Shown one piece after another: positions 46,928 through 59,147 of a stretch of DNA of 64,000 nt; positions within the stretch are counted from its first letter, which is position 1, and each line of letters opens with the position of its first letter. Source of the stretch: Eledone cirrhosa (taxonomy: Eukaryota); assembly GCA_964016885.1 (NCBI GenBank), contig OZ024750.1, positions 49,662,001-49,726,000 of the forward strand, written 5' to 3'. A model generated the notes under the pieces. That model saw nothing but the letters and a program-made list of their open reading frames with translations, did no database searches and had not been told where the DNA came from. A program made the translations under genes and the position numbers.

Positions 46928-47000
46928 GTGTGTGTGTGCATGTGTGTATGTATATACATAATACTGAACGTTTGTATAGATATTTGTATGTACGTATACA
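46430..47000. mobile_element. Fold-back non-coding element (family D) with two divergent HHRs (46625-46667 minus, 46705-46747 plus)
   Basis: Arms at about 46500-46670 and 46703-46870 are inverted. Plus copy ACGGTG-CTGATGA-cAGCT-AATA-AGCTa-GAAA-CTAG-TT-CATCGT. Confidence 0.8.
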
Positions 47001-47069
47001 ACACTTATATTTAAGTATCGGCCGTACAGAGAGTGAGAAATGAAATTTAATTTTTTCCATTTATATATA

Positions 47070-48200
47070 TTAGCGTGTTCCAGAATCCCATATAAAACAC
47101 AAAAGTCTTTTTTCTTAGCTCCCTATGCATTTTCTCATGCCATTTTGTATAATATCAATTTATAATGTAATTTTTATTATTATTTCACACCATTTTAAGT
47201 CTTGCCTAGTAGATGCAAATGTGCAGAATAATGGCGGAAACCTGTGGGCCTAGTCGTAGCTACTCGCTCCGTTGTGATGATCGAGAAATATGGCTCCTGG
47301 GGCAATATGTTACATCCTTTTCACCAAACAAAATACCAACAAAGGGGGATGTTCTAAGATATTTCTTCTACCTGAAAGTTGGTCCTATGAAACACGAAAA
47401 GCATGTGAGCTTCAATGGTGCTATTGCCGATAGGCTTGTGATGGAAGTAGTTAACCAATGGGAAAAAGCTGGTGTGGTGACTCAACGAAATGACAAAGTG
47501 AAACTGAAAAGTATGAACATGTACAGTGAATACAGAAATGTACAAAAAAACAAAGGTTCTAAGTGAAACGAAGAAAAGGAAGCAATATCTATTTCTGAAT
47601 TGGATTCGTATTTCTACATTGCATATACTAATTCTGAAAATAACATTTTGAAAGACCGTCTGCGTAATAATTGTTTCTACTTTTGGCACAAGGCCAGCAA
47701 TTACCCAGTACATTACTGCTACTTTATTTTATCGACCCCGTGAGGATGAAAGCAAATTTACCGTCTGCGTAATAATGAACACAAAATGGAAGATACTACA
47801 TTTCTCGAAGCCCTGCGTTGCCAGAAAAAAAGTATCTATGGGTGCTGAAGACAAGGGTTACCAGAATAAGGTATCTTCAAAGTTTAAGCCTGATCAGGTT
47901 TCTGTGGCTTGTCGAGAGTCAGAGAACCATAGAAAGCGTTTGTCAGGATATGTAGCAGCACAACTTCCACGTAATGAACTGAGTGATTCAATTTCAACCA
48001 ATGATGAAACTGAAGATGAACAGGATCCAGAATTTCAGGCCTCAAACCCATCGAGAATACCTTATTTCAATATGATACTAAATATGCTTTACATGTCAAT
48101 ATGTATTCAAAGGCATTAGCTATTAACAGTGATATGTAGCAATGACAATAGAGAATTAGGCTCTATAATAAAACAGCTGTCTAATATAATTTTGCATGAA
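47070..48200 (+). pseudogene. DNA transposon relic, N-terminal part of a hATm-like transposase, interrupted by a SINE
   Basis: IWLLGQ..NKIPTKGDVLRYFF..V.NQWEKAGV..KLK..YSEYRNVQKN, then ED..FL..SMGAED. Terminus TTAGCGTGTTCC. The family assignment is recalled, not searched. Confidence 0.55.
47672..47759 (-). mobile_element. 5'-truncated SINE with a 17-bp TSD
   Basis: ACCGTCTGCGTAATAAT at 47655-47671 and 47760-47776. Confidence 0.9.
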
Positions 48201-48944
48201 ATGAAACACATTAATCACGAACCTACCAAATTATTTGAATCCCATTAAAGGCGTAAAGGTGAAGAACAATTACATTTGCAAAAACTTGACTATGATCACT
48301 TTGCTCGAAACTGCATGATAACTCGTTATCTTTATTTGTATTTCTATCTTTCTAGTTGAAGTCTCACCAATCAGTCTTAATCTTCGTTGAATTTAATCAA
48401 CTTTAATATTAGAGTAGTTCTATTTCCAATGACGTTTCCGGCAAAATGGTTTCTTTACAGTCGATAAGATTTTCAGGAAATATCACATGACCAGAACTGA
48501 TTGGAATAAATGCGTTTTCTGAAATGGAATTCAAATCAAGAAGAATGGTTACTTTCGATTATTTCAACGTCATTCCATAATTTAAACGACGTAAACAATG
48601 TGACGGCTGAATACTGTCTTTGCTTCTTAAAAGTAAGACAAATCAAAACAATTAAATCGCTCTACAGTTCCTTTTCATATGATAGGTCTCCCGTTGCTAT
48701 CAAATGAATTATCCAGTGAGTTCCTATTTCTTGTGCCACTAGTCTATTTAAAATCCCTCAGGCAAAAGTGTTGATAATATATTGTTATCTGATATATGCA
48801 GCGTGATGTTTTCAATAAATACGTAGACAATAGACACTGTATGTTTCTAAATTTAGTTCTGTTACTTCAACACTTGAATTCTGATTATGTTCGTTCGATT
48901 TTACCCTCTGGGGCCGTTCAAATAATGTAATATAGAAGTATTGT

Positions 48945-49240
48945 TATGGCGAGCGGTCTAGTAGTTAGAGGTTTATACGTACGATCCTTATGACATGGGT
49001 AGATTACAGGATAGCTTGGCGTGTTATATTCGTGAAACAAAACCCAATTCATTTTACGTTATTCTAGTCCATTCAAGAAGCAATGGATACAATATGCAGC
49101 TGCGGTTTACATCTGTGAGGGATTGGCCTCCTGTCTAGGACTAGTCTTATATCTTCAGCTGTGTAATACCAATGAAACCAGGACAGGCTTCTGCATAATA
49201 AGGCTCATGTTATGGCTCTATGTTTAACTTTTAAACTTTT
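48945..49240 (+). mobile_element. Possible old SINE of a second family
   Basis: tRNA-like head GCGGTCTAGTAGTTAGAG and a TTTAACTTTTAAACTTTT tail. Heavily diverged. Confidence 0.35.
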
Positions 49241-49958
49241 AACAAGCAGTACACTCAATGTTATCGATTGCGACTACACCATGAACACAGAAATATTTGG
49301 GATCATTTTACCTGATATGAATTGCACCCAAGTCTGCCTGTAGCAACACGCTACATTTTTATATACCAAAAACACTTTAGATGGCGTAGACTTTCATAAG
49401 GTACATCGTATAGAGAATCGTGAGAGGAATGCTTTTGATCTGTTTTATTGGGACTGAGTTGAAAGCTAAGCAACAATGTATAGTCATATAGAGCTTCAGA
49501 AACAGCATTTAGATAAATAAAAGCAAATCTGCTTTTGGGGTGATATACGTGCAATAACATGCTAAATTTCATGTTTAAAATATCATTATTCAAAACATAT
49601 GAATTGCATTAGAAACAACTGCTTATTTTATCTTTTTTTTTTTTTTGAAATAGTTGAATTAAAATTATCTCATGGCATTATACTTTTTAATGTTGGTTAT
49701 TGGTGAGAAAATCGTGGAATTGGCCTCAGGAATTTGTCAATTAGTACCCAATTCCATTACTTTCTAAACCTACGTATAAACCATCTATGAATTAGAAATC
49801 ATTAATAACATTCACATCAGTGGAATTAATAGAAATATACTAACAAAGTTTACAAAAATACTTTGTCAAAGAGTCCATAATTCCATTTAACAATTTATAT
49901 ACTGATTTATTTTCAGTGACATGTAATTTTGAATTTTGATGTTTATTTTTTTATTTTC

Positions 49959-50084
49959 GGCGCCGATGAGAAGACCATATCTAACTGTTCTTTTTATTAC
50001 CACTTACTATTATCGATTTTATAATCGATAATTATGATCTGTAAGTGCAGAATACAGATATGGGTTCCGAAACAATTGTCAGCC
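49959..50084 (+). ncRNA. Hammerhead motif with a stem II of about 100 nt (U4C variant)
   Basis: GGCg-CCGATGA-GAAgaCCATATCT...AGATATGGgTTCc-GAAA-CAATTG-TC-aGCC. Confidence 0.55.
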
Positions 50085-50239
50085 ATTAAATATATTTGTT
50101 CAAGAATTTGGTGTCGTTTTCCCTAACATTTAATTTCTGTATATATATATATATATATATAACAAAGAAATTGTGGTAAGGAACCAGATGGACCATAACC
50201 CACCAGAGTACTCAATACTTAGGGTAGTAGAGTGGGAAA

Positions 50240-50355
50240 TAGGAAAAAGTATGACCCCGACGACAGAGGTCGATCCGTTTCGACGGCTATTGCTATTTCT
50301 GGACTGAAATAGTCGTCGAAACGGCTTGAGCTCTGCCGTCGGGGTCATATTTTTT

Positions 50356-50359
<4 letters not shown>
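50240..50359. repeat. Imperfect 120-bp palindrome
   Basis: ATAGGAAAAAGTATGACCCCGACG..CCGTTTCGACGGCTATT mirrors AATAGTCGTCGAAACGG..CGTCGGGGTCATATTTTTTCCTAT. Confidence 0.8.
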
Positions 50360-50387
<28 letters not shown>

Positions 50388-50390
<3 letters not shown>

Positions 50391-52580
50391 TTGCGAGGTT
50401 TTTGATATAAAATAATGTGTCGAAATATATACTGTTATACTTGGGGTGGGTCATACTGTTGTATTAATATTGCCAGAATTAATAACAGAACACACTCACT
50501 GTTTGGTTGGTTTTCGCTTCTGTATCTTTTATGTCAGTTAATTCAGTCCTCAATGTTTAACGTTGACTGACCAACGGTAACAAATTCAGATATAATATAG
50601 ACACAAACACATATATATAGTCTAACAAAGTTCTTTCGTTGCACATCTGCAACATCGTCAGTGGTGCTATTATGTTTCCTTCTGTTGTATTGTATGTCTA
50701 CGCCATCTATATTTAATCTGTTTATGTATTTATTTTCTGTCCTCTTCTGTGCGCATGCGTTTGCGTGTGTGTATAGTGTTTGATGTGTGTTCGTGTTTGG
50801 GTGACTGTGTTTTGGTTATTATATTCTATCTTAGTTTACTAGTGTGTGTTTATATGTGTTTGTTGTTATTGTGCTTGTGTATTTATTTATTTATTTATTT
50901 ATATTCCTCTTAGGTCTGTATTTTTTTTATTTGGGTGTTGTTATCCCATTCATTTTTTTCTGTTTAGCTTTGCTCTTCTCAATTCTATTTCGCTGGCTTC
51001 TCTGATTTGCCTACTTGTTGGGTCATTTCTATGTTAGATAGTATTTTAATTTTTATGATGTCTATGTTACCGTCATATTGTTGTCTAGCGTGTTCGTATA
51101 GCACTGAACGGTTTTTTCGTCCGTTTAATCCCCCCCCCCCAGTTTTGGTCTATCCTTTCCATTATGCTTATGGCTGTCTTGCCTATGTATGTTGTTGTCA
51201 TGTTTCTACAAGTGACCTCTGTACATATGCTATAGACTACGTTTCTAATTTTACAGTTTATCAGGGGGTTTAATTTACATATAATACATTTCCTATTAGT
51301 ACAGTGGGTTTTGCTTATCAGGGATGTTATGGTGGTTCCTGGCTTTCCTACCACCTTAATCTTTAAGTGGGTATTTCTCAGGGCCTTTCTACACTGGTTA
51401 GCTAATTTTTCTCCAGGGGTAGGGTCCACGAACATGACACTCTCGTATCTCTGGTTGTCGTACCATGAGGTGCTTTCCCTATCTTATGTTTAACCCTATC
51501 TAACCTATTCCATGATTTTCTCCTGTATAATGGGAAAATTCCTTTCATATCCAGTTATATGAGAGTCTTATACTTCTCCTTCTCCGTGGCTCCTTCGTAT
51601 ACTCTGATTATGTCTCTTTGGTTGTAGCCAGAGAACTGCATGCGGTTGATGAAGTGTTGGATGTGTCTTTCCATTTCTGTTGGGTCGCACATGCGGGACA
51701 CACGTTCTTCACCACTCGTTCCAAGTCTGCGATCAGAATATTAAACTTAGCACTACTGGGCATTGCTGAGTTTTTGAGTATCAGGTATTTGGAGGATATG
51801 GGTTTAGCGTAGTGTGAGTGGAGAATTTGCGCTCTCGTGTCTATAGTGTTAATCCAGAATTCGTGTTTAATACAGGTAGTATATTGTTAGGGTGTTTGGA
51901 AGGGTAGTCGTTAGTTACAGTTATACTCTGGTCTAATAAATAAGATATCTGCTGAATGCTTTCCATTGTGCTACATTCTAAATCATACTTGTTAGTACTC
52001 TCTTGTGGGGATGTCCTTATTACTATAGTAACGGCGTCTACATAACGAGAGTACATGATGAGGTCAATAGAGCTCTCATCAAAAAGCTCTTTGCGTCTCC
52101 TTTGCCACCATAACATATAATGGTTGGCAACGTCACCAGCTATGCTGACGCCAATGGCTGCTCCCTTATTTTGGGTGTAGATCTTCTCGTTGAATTTGAA
52201 TATGTGATATTTTAGGGTAGTTTTAATACTAGCCCCTTTTGCATGTGCCACCATTTTTCTCACCTGATCATCGCTTTGGGGGTCGGTATTGCTTTGGTCC
52301 ACCCAATCCACCTTCCCATGGGAGTCTTTTTTGCCATTGAGGTTATGGTGGGGGGACTACCTCTTATGGGTCTACTGGGGCAGAAACGGCTACGGTCATG
52401 GCTGTCTAGGTAGTCAGTGTCATAAGTAAGTCCAAGTAGGAGTCCCAGTTAGTCTGTGTCGACGTCGCAGAACTCCACCTCACTCTGACTGATCATCTCC
52501 ATACATCTTTCCACAGCAAAATCAATGTTAATGGATGGGTACAGTGATACCACGTCCATACTGCCTATTATGCAGCTTCT
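50388..52580 (-). mobile_element. PLE family B, left (minus) arm
   Basis: ORF fragments YSRYVDA, GAAIGVSIAGDVAN and VVYSIC..YIGKT, plus the family B 3' terminus at (TA)n. Confidence 0.9.
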
Positions 52581-55500
52581 CAAAAATACGCTGGAATGCG
52601 ATATAAACAACAACAACTATACGGACAACAACACAATGATAACCATAGTAGTAATATAAACAATAACTCTGAGTATAGAAATAACAGCTATAATTGTAAT
52701 AGTCATAACAATAACAATAGCAGGAGAGTGAGAAATAGTAATTATGGTAATATTATTAACGATAGACAGAACAACAACAACAGCACCCTCAATAATAATA
52801 ATAATAATAGAAAGACTAACGACAGACACAACAACAACCACAGTAGTAATCTTTGTTTCTACTTTAGGCACAAGGCCAGTAAATTAACCAGTGCATTACT
52901 GGTACTTTATTTTATCGACCCCGTAATTAATAATATAAATAAAACATGTAGCAATATTAATGATAGACATAACAACAAGAAAAACAAAAACATTATAATA
53001 ATAATAAATGTCACAACCACAATGGTAGAAATAATAGTAACAACAATAATAACAGTGGAGAAAACAACAGCAATACATCTAGCAATCATAATATGCTAAT
53101 GATAGGAACAAAAACCACCATAATAACAATAACATCAACACACACAACTATGACGATAGATATAATGACAACCCGTTAGAGAAACTCTTCTTCAATCCAG
53201 CTGAAAAAACATATAAGATGGGTAATATTTATCCTACGAGTTTACCCTTTAAGAAAAGGGTTTGCATACCACAACAAATAGATGACGAGACAGAAGCACA
53301 GTTCACCATAGCTAGAAATAAGATTAGACAAATAGTAGACCGGTTACTAAGAGACAACACAGACCTGACGTCCAACAACTTGGGAGGAAACCTGTAGAAG
53401 GCATAGGTAGCCTCAAGCAGCGCACAGGGGATGGTGAGGTAGTATGTCTACCCACGGATAAGACTGGTAGGATGTCAATAGACAGCATGCCAAACTACAC
53501 CAAGGCTTTGCAACCCCACATCACCAACACGAGAGAAATAACACAGAAAATACATGAGGGGAGACAGATAATCCTCAACGCTCACATGATGATGTGGACC
53601 GACATCCTAAAGCCAAGCAGACGCACTGCCAGCAACTTCCATGCGTCTAACAATGACATGCCACCCTTGATTGGGCTCCGCAAGGGCCATAAGACAGTCG
53701 ACGACCCTACAACAGGGCCACCAACAAGACCTGTATGCGGAGCCAATATCGCTAGCAACTACAGGATCTACGACTTCCTCTCAATGGTTATACGCCCCAT
53801 AATCAAGATGTCCCCAGATGTATGTGACAGTACAGAAGACCTCCTCAGTAGAATCAGTGAGTGCAACAAAAACAAAAACCTATCCAACTGCATAATAGGC
53901 AGTATGGACGCTTCCATTAATATTAATTTTTGATGTTGAAAAATGTGTGGAGATGATCAGTGAGAGTGAGGTGAGTTCTGCGACATCTACACAGACGAAC
54001 TGGGCCTCCTACTTAGACTTACTTATAGCACTGACTACCTAGACAGCCTTGACCTTACCTGTTTGTGCCCCAGTAGACCCATAACAGGTAGGTCCCCCAC
54101 TATAACCTCAATGACAAAAAAGACTCCCATGGAAAGGAGTATTGGGTGGACCAAAGCCATACATTCCCCCCAAAACAATGATCAGGTAAGAAAAATGGTC
54201 GCACATGCAATATGGGCTAATATTAAAACTACCCTAAAGGGCCACATATTCAAATTCAACGAGAAGATCTACACCCAAAATGAGGGAGCAGCCATTGGCG
54301 TCAACATAGATGGTGACGTTGCCAACCTTTCATGTTATGGTGGGAAAGGAGACTCAAATATTTCCTTGATGAGAGCTCCATAGACCTCATCATGTACCCT
54401 CGTTACGTAGACGACATTAATATATTAATAAGTACATCCCCACAAGAGAGTATTAACAAGTATGATTTAGAATATAGCACAATGGAAAGCATCCAGCGGA
54501 TAGCTAATTCCATACACCAGAGTATAAATGTAACTATTACTACCCTTCCAAACACCCTAACAGTAGACTACCTGTATTAGACACGGAACTCTGGATTAAC
54601 ACTATATACAAGAGAGCCCAAATTCTCCACTCATACTACGCTAAACCCATAGCCTCCAAATACCTGATACTCAAACACTCAGCAATGTCCAGTAGTGCTA
54701 AGTTTATTTTTCTGATCGCAGACTTGGTACGAGTGATGAAGTACGTGTCCCGCATGTGCGACCCGACAGATTGGAAAGTCACATCCAACACTTCATCAAC
54801 CGCATGCAGTTCTCTGGTTACAACCAAAGAGACAGAATCACAGTATACGAAGGAGCCACGGAGAAGTATAAGACCGTCATAGAACTGGGCATGAAAGGAA
54901 TATGCCCATTATTCAGGAGCAAATCATGGAATAGCTTAGATAGGACTAAACATAAGATAGGGAAAGCCACCTCATGGTACGACAACCATAGATACCAGAG
55001 TGTCATGTTCGTGGACGCTACCCCTGGAGGGAAATTACCTAACCAGTGTAGAAAGGCGCTGAGAAAGAACCACTTAAAGATTAAAATGGTAGAAAAGCCA
55101 ACAACAACCATAAAATCCCTCATCAGCAACACATACCCTTTTAAGAAAACCCTCTGTACTAATAGGAAATGTATTATATGTAGTCTATAGCATAAGCTGT
55201 ACAGAGGGTACTTGCAGAAACATGACAACAACATACATAGGCGAGACAGCTCGAAGCATAGGAGAAAGCATAGACCAAAACTGGGGGGAACTAAAAGGAC
55301 GAAAAAAACGGTTCAGAACTATACAAACACACCAGACAGCAATACGACGGTAACATAGACAACATAGAAATTAAAATAATATCTAAACATAGAAATAACC
55401 CAGCAGATAGGCTAATCAGAGAGGCCAGTGAACTAGAACTTAGAAGACCAAAGCTAAACAGAAACAATAAATATAATAACAACAACACCCAAACAAACAT

Positions 55501-56001
55501 TACTGACCTAAGAGAAATATAAATAAATAAATAAATACATACACAAGCACAATAACAACAAACACATATAAACACACACTAGTAAACTAAGATAGAATAT
55601 AATAACCAAAACACAGTCACCCAAACACGAACACACATCAAACACCATACACACACGCAAAGGCATGCGCAGAGAAAAAAGACTAAGAATAAATACATGA
55701 ATAAATAAACAGATTAAATATAGATTGCGTAGACATACAATACATCAGGAGGAATCATAATAGCACCACTGACGATGTTGTAGATGTGCAACGAAAGAAC
55801 TTCGTTAGACTATATATATGTGTTTGTGTCTATATTATATCTATATTTTTTTACCGTTGGTCAGTCAATGGTAAACATTGAGGACCGAATAAATTAACTG
55901 ATATAAAAGATACAGAAGCGAAAACCAACCGAATAGTGAATGTGTCTTTTTATTAATTCTGGCAATATTATTACAACAATATGACCCTCCCTAAGTATAA
56001 C
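52580..56001 (+). mobile_element. PLE family B, right (plus) arm: longest copy, with an (AAC/AAT)-rich leader and an internal SINE fragment (about 52850-52925)
   Basis: PTDKTG, PTRPVCGA, YPRYVDD, MFVDATPGGKL and YIGETARSIG. Frameshifted. 3' terminus ends at 56001 in TA. Confidence 0.9.
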
Positions 56002-56024
56002 TATATATATATACATATAAGATA

Positions 56025-56312
56025 ATAAGGTTTTTTGCAATATGAAAAAATTCGAGTGAAAGTATAAGGAAAAAAGATGAAATCGAAAATGCAACTGTTT
56101 TTTTTTTTTAAGAATACATATTTGTTTCCTTTACAGGTTTCACAGTTCTTATGCTTTTCAAAACTAGAATTGAGATTGAGGATCTGTGGTTTCTCTCGCA
56201 AACCCTCCATCTCAATTCTACTTTTGAAAAGCATAAGAAGTGTGGAACCGGTAAAGGAAACAAATATATATGCTTAAAAAGACTACAGTTGCATTTCAGA
56301 TTTCATCTTTAT
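56025..56312. mobile_element. Family C fold-back element with two diverged U3-A8 HHR motifs (about 56128-56164 minus, 56221-56257 plus)
   Basis: Inverted arms homologous to 29263-29689. Confidence 0.75.
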
Positions 56313-56392
56313 TCTCTCTCTCTCTATATATATATATATATGTGTGTGTGCGTGGATGAGTGTGTGTGTGTGTGTGCGTGTTAGTATGTGTT

Positions 56393-56465
<73 letters not shown>

Positions 56466-57717
56466 ACAACTATATATGTATCCTCGTGTGTATCTATATT
56501 TATAGTTATGTTTATACTAATATATGTGTATCAGTGCGCGTACGTTTTGATATTCTGTTTCGCTTTCCTCCAGACCCATCAGGTGGCAAATTATGTTGGT
56601 TGTTCCGTTATTCGTAGGTGTGCCAACACCAATATGTTCATGAGCGGACTACATAATGATCATCATCATCATTGTCACATTGGCATTGTTTTCATGTTGA
56701 TGTCAACAACTACATTAACACATTCACATCCATATACACACTAACATACATGAAGAAACACATAAGTTACGTATATGTATTCATAGCCATATATTTTACT
56801 CCGTGTATAGACTGTAAGACTGGTATGCGTCTTCATTAAGCACCTGTTCAATATAACTAAATTTATTTTTAAAACCTATGCTAGACGACATCTTCAAATA
56901 GAAATAGCATCTGTAAACTTATAATTTCTTCACATGTGAATATTACTTAGACTTCAACAAATCTTACAGAGAAAATATAATATATAGAATAAAACTAACA
57001 ATAATACATAGCATTATAATGTTTCAGGAAACAATTTGCAATACAGTCTAGCATTATCGGTTCTATCGATCTGGCCATATACATTTTCCCGTCTGTTCAA
57101 ACGTAAAAATGAATCGGTACATTTTATTTCACAGTAATTCGAAATAAACAATGTGGAATAAAAACGCTCAGCGACATGAAATATCTCAAATAGTTCGTGA
57201 CATCACGGATACGTATTTTCTTCTAGAACGTAAACAAACACTGGCCGTTTATAATCCAGCTATACTTTGTTCAATGTGGGTTGCTCAATATACAACTCTT
57301 CTTTTCACTGTAAAGCTATAGCTGAATGGTAAAGAAGTTCGCTGTACAGTCATGGTATTCCACGTTGGATATCACTGTTAGGAAGCGTAGGTGTCTTTGC
57401 CCTGATTTGTTATCGACGGAAAGTGCATTCTGCCACATTGTATCACACGAGTCAATGGAATATTTAAGCGCATACATGCTGTTGTAATGACATGGCCATT
57501 TCGCGCAGTGCAAGTAATGCAAAGCTGGGTGTATACAGCAAGAACTCTATATACCGGCGTTCCTTCATAATTCCAGTTGGAGGATGGACAGAATGGTGAC
57601 TCAATCATGCGAAGACCTTCCATTTCCATGACACTGGTCAATGCTTAACCGTTCAATGATACTTTAAGCAATATAGCAAAGATGTTGATGTATGTGCAAG
57701 TATGGGAACATTGATGA

Positions 57718-57882
57718 ACTGGCAGTATCGGTAGAGGGCTGGCATAGTTACGTCCCTTTACAGTGAGTTCACTATCCCATCGAGTTTAACTTGCCTTTCA
57801 TCCTTACGGGGTCGATAATATAAAGTACCAGTAATACGCTAGGATAATTGCTGGCCTTGTACCAAAAGTAGAAACAATTATT
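57718..57882 (+). mobile_element. SINE copy
   Basis: CTGGCAGTATCGGTAGAG..GAGTTCAC..CCTTTCATCCTTACGGGGTCGAT..AGTAGAAACAATTATTA. Confidence 0.8.
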
Positions 57883-57889
57883 ACGAATT

Positions 57890-58965
57890 TCTAATCCAAA
57901 CTACGTGGGGTCGTAAGAGTATTTCATCCAAAGAATGATACAGACAGAGTATATGTACCAAGACAATTAGAAGGAAGAGGACTGATAGAGTGTGAAGACA
58001 GCATTAGAACAGGAAAAAATAACCTGGCGTGGTAAATAAAAAGTGCACTGACCCGCTGTTGTTGGCAGTAAGGAGGTAAGGGGTGTGCAACATAGAAGTT
58101 TGTAAGAAATAATACAGTACAAGCCTTTGAAATTTGATGAAGCTGTCAGTAGATGGACAGAAAAAATATATGGGCAATTCCATATATCGTTTTTTTTTAA
58201 TATAGGTCAGACAGAGAAGTTATCTGATTAGGGATGTCTAAAAGTGATTTAAAACTGGAAACAGAAGCCTTAATCTGTACTGCTCAAGTACAAGCACTAA
58301 GTACTAACTACATCAAGCATGGAGTAGAGCACACATCTGATAGTGATAAGTGTAGAATTTGTGGCATGACTGAAGAAACTTTATGGCATATTACCAAGTA
58401 ATGTACACTACTTACTCAGAAAGAATATAAGAGACGTTCCGACAATATTGCATCGATAGTCCATTGGGCCTTTTGTGGCAAATATGCACTTGACAGAGCA
58501 GATAAGTGGTATGAACATCACACTGAGGCCGTTATCGAACATGATGTTGCAGAGATCCTGTGGGACTTTGTGATATAGTGTGACCATGCGATTAGACATA
58601 GGAGACCATATATTGTATTAGTTGAGAAAGAAAGCAAACAGTGTAGGATCATAGATATAGCCTGTGCAGCTGTGATAAAGACTGGTAGGTTAACTTAGCG
58701 GATTAAGCAGATGTGGTCACTGAAAAGTGGTGGAAATCCCAATAAAACTTGTTAGTCTTGGGAACAGTGGGAGAGATCTTGAGAATTACATCAAAGAAAT
58801 AGGGATTGCAATGCGGATGGAAAACTTATGAAAAAATCATCGTTGCTTGCAACAGCTGGAATTCTGCGGAGGATACTCGAAAAATAAGGAGTATTACATC
58901 AATTCACTGGTAGTGAACAGCTAACACTGTAATACAACTCCACCGTTAGAAGCTGTGCGATAAAC
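57890..58965 (+). mobile_element. Degenerate 3' fragment of an R4/Dong LINE, followed by (TAC)n(TAA)n at 58966-59148
   Basis: Reads FHPKNDTDRVYVPR..GRGLI, LKLETEALICTAQ, CRICG..EETLWHI, KWYEH, ILWDF and HRRPYIV, with many stops. Confidence 0.8.
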
Positions 58966-58990
58966 AATACTACTACTAATGCTTCTACTG

Positions 58991-59037
<47 letters not shown>

Positions 59038-59074
59038 GCTACTAGTACTGCTTCTAATGTTACTACTACTAATG

Positions 59075-59122
<48 letters not shown>

Positions 59123-59147
59123 ATAATAATAATAATAATAATACTAA

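Noticed and set aside
57316-57641. Moderately GC-rich ORFs as a possible host exon
   Set aside because: No recognisable domain, and no convincing splice-bounded open frame.
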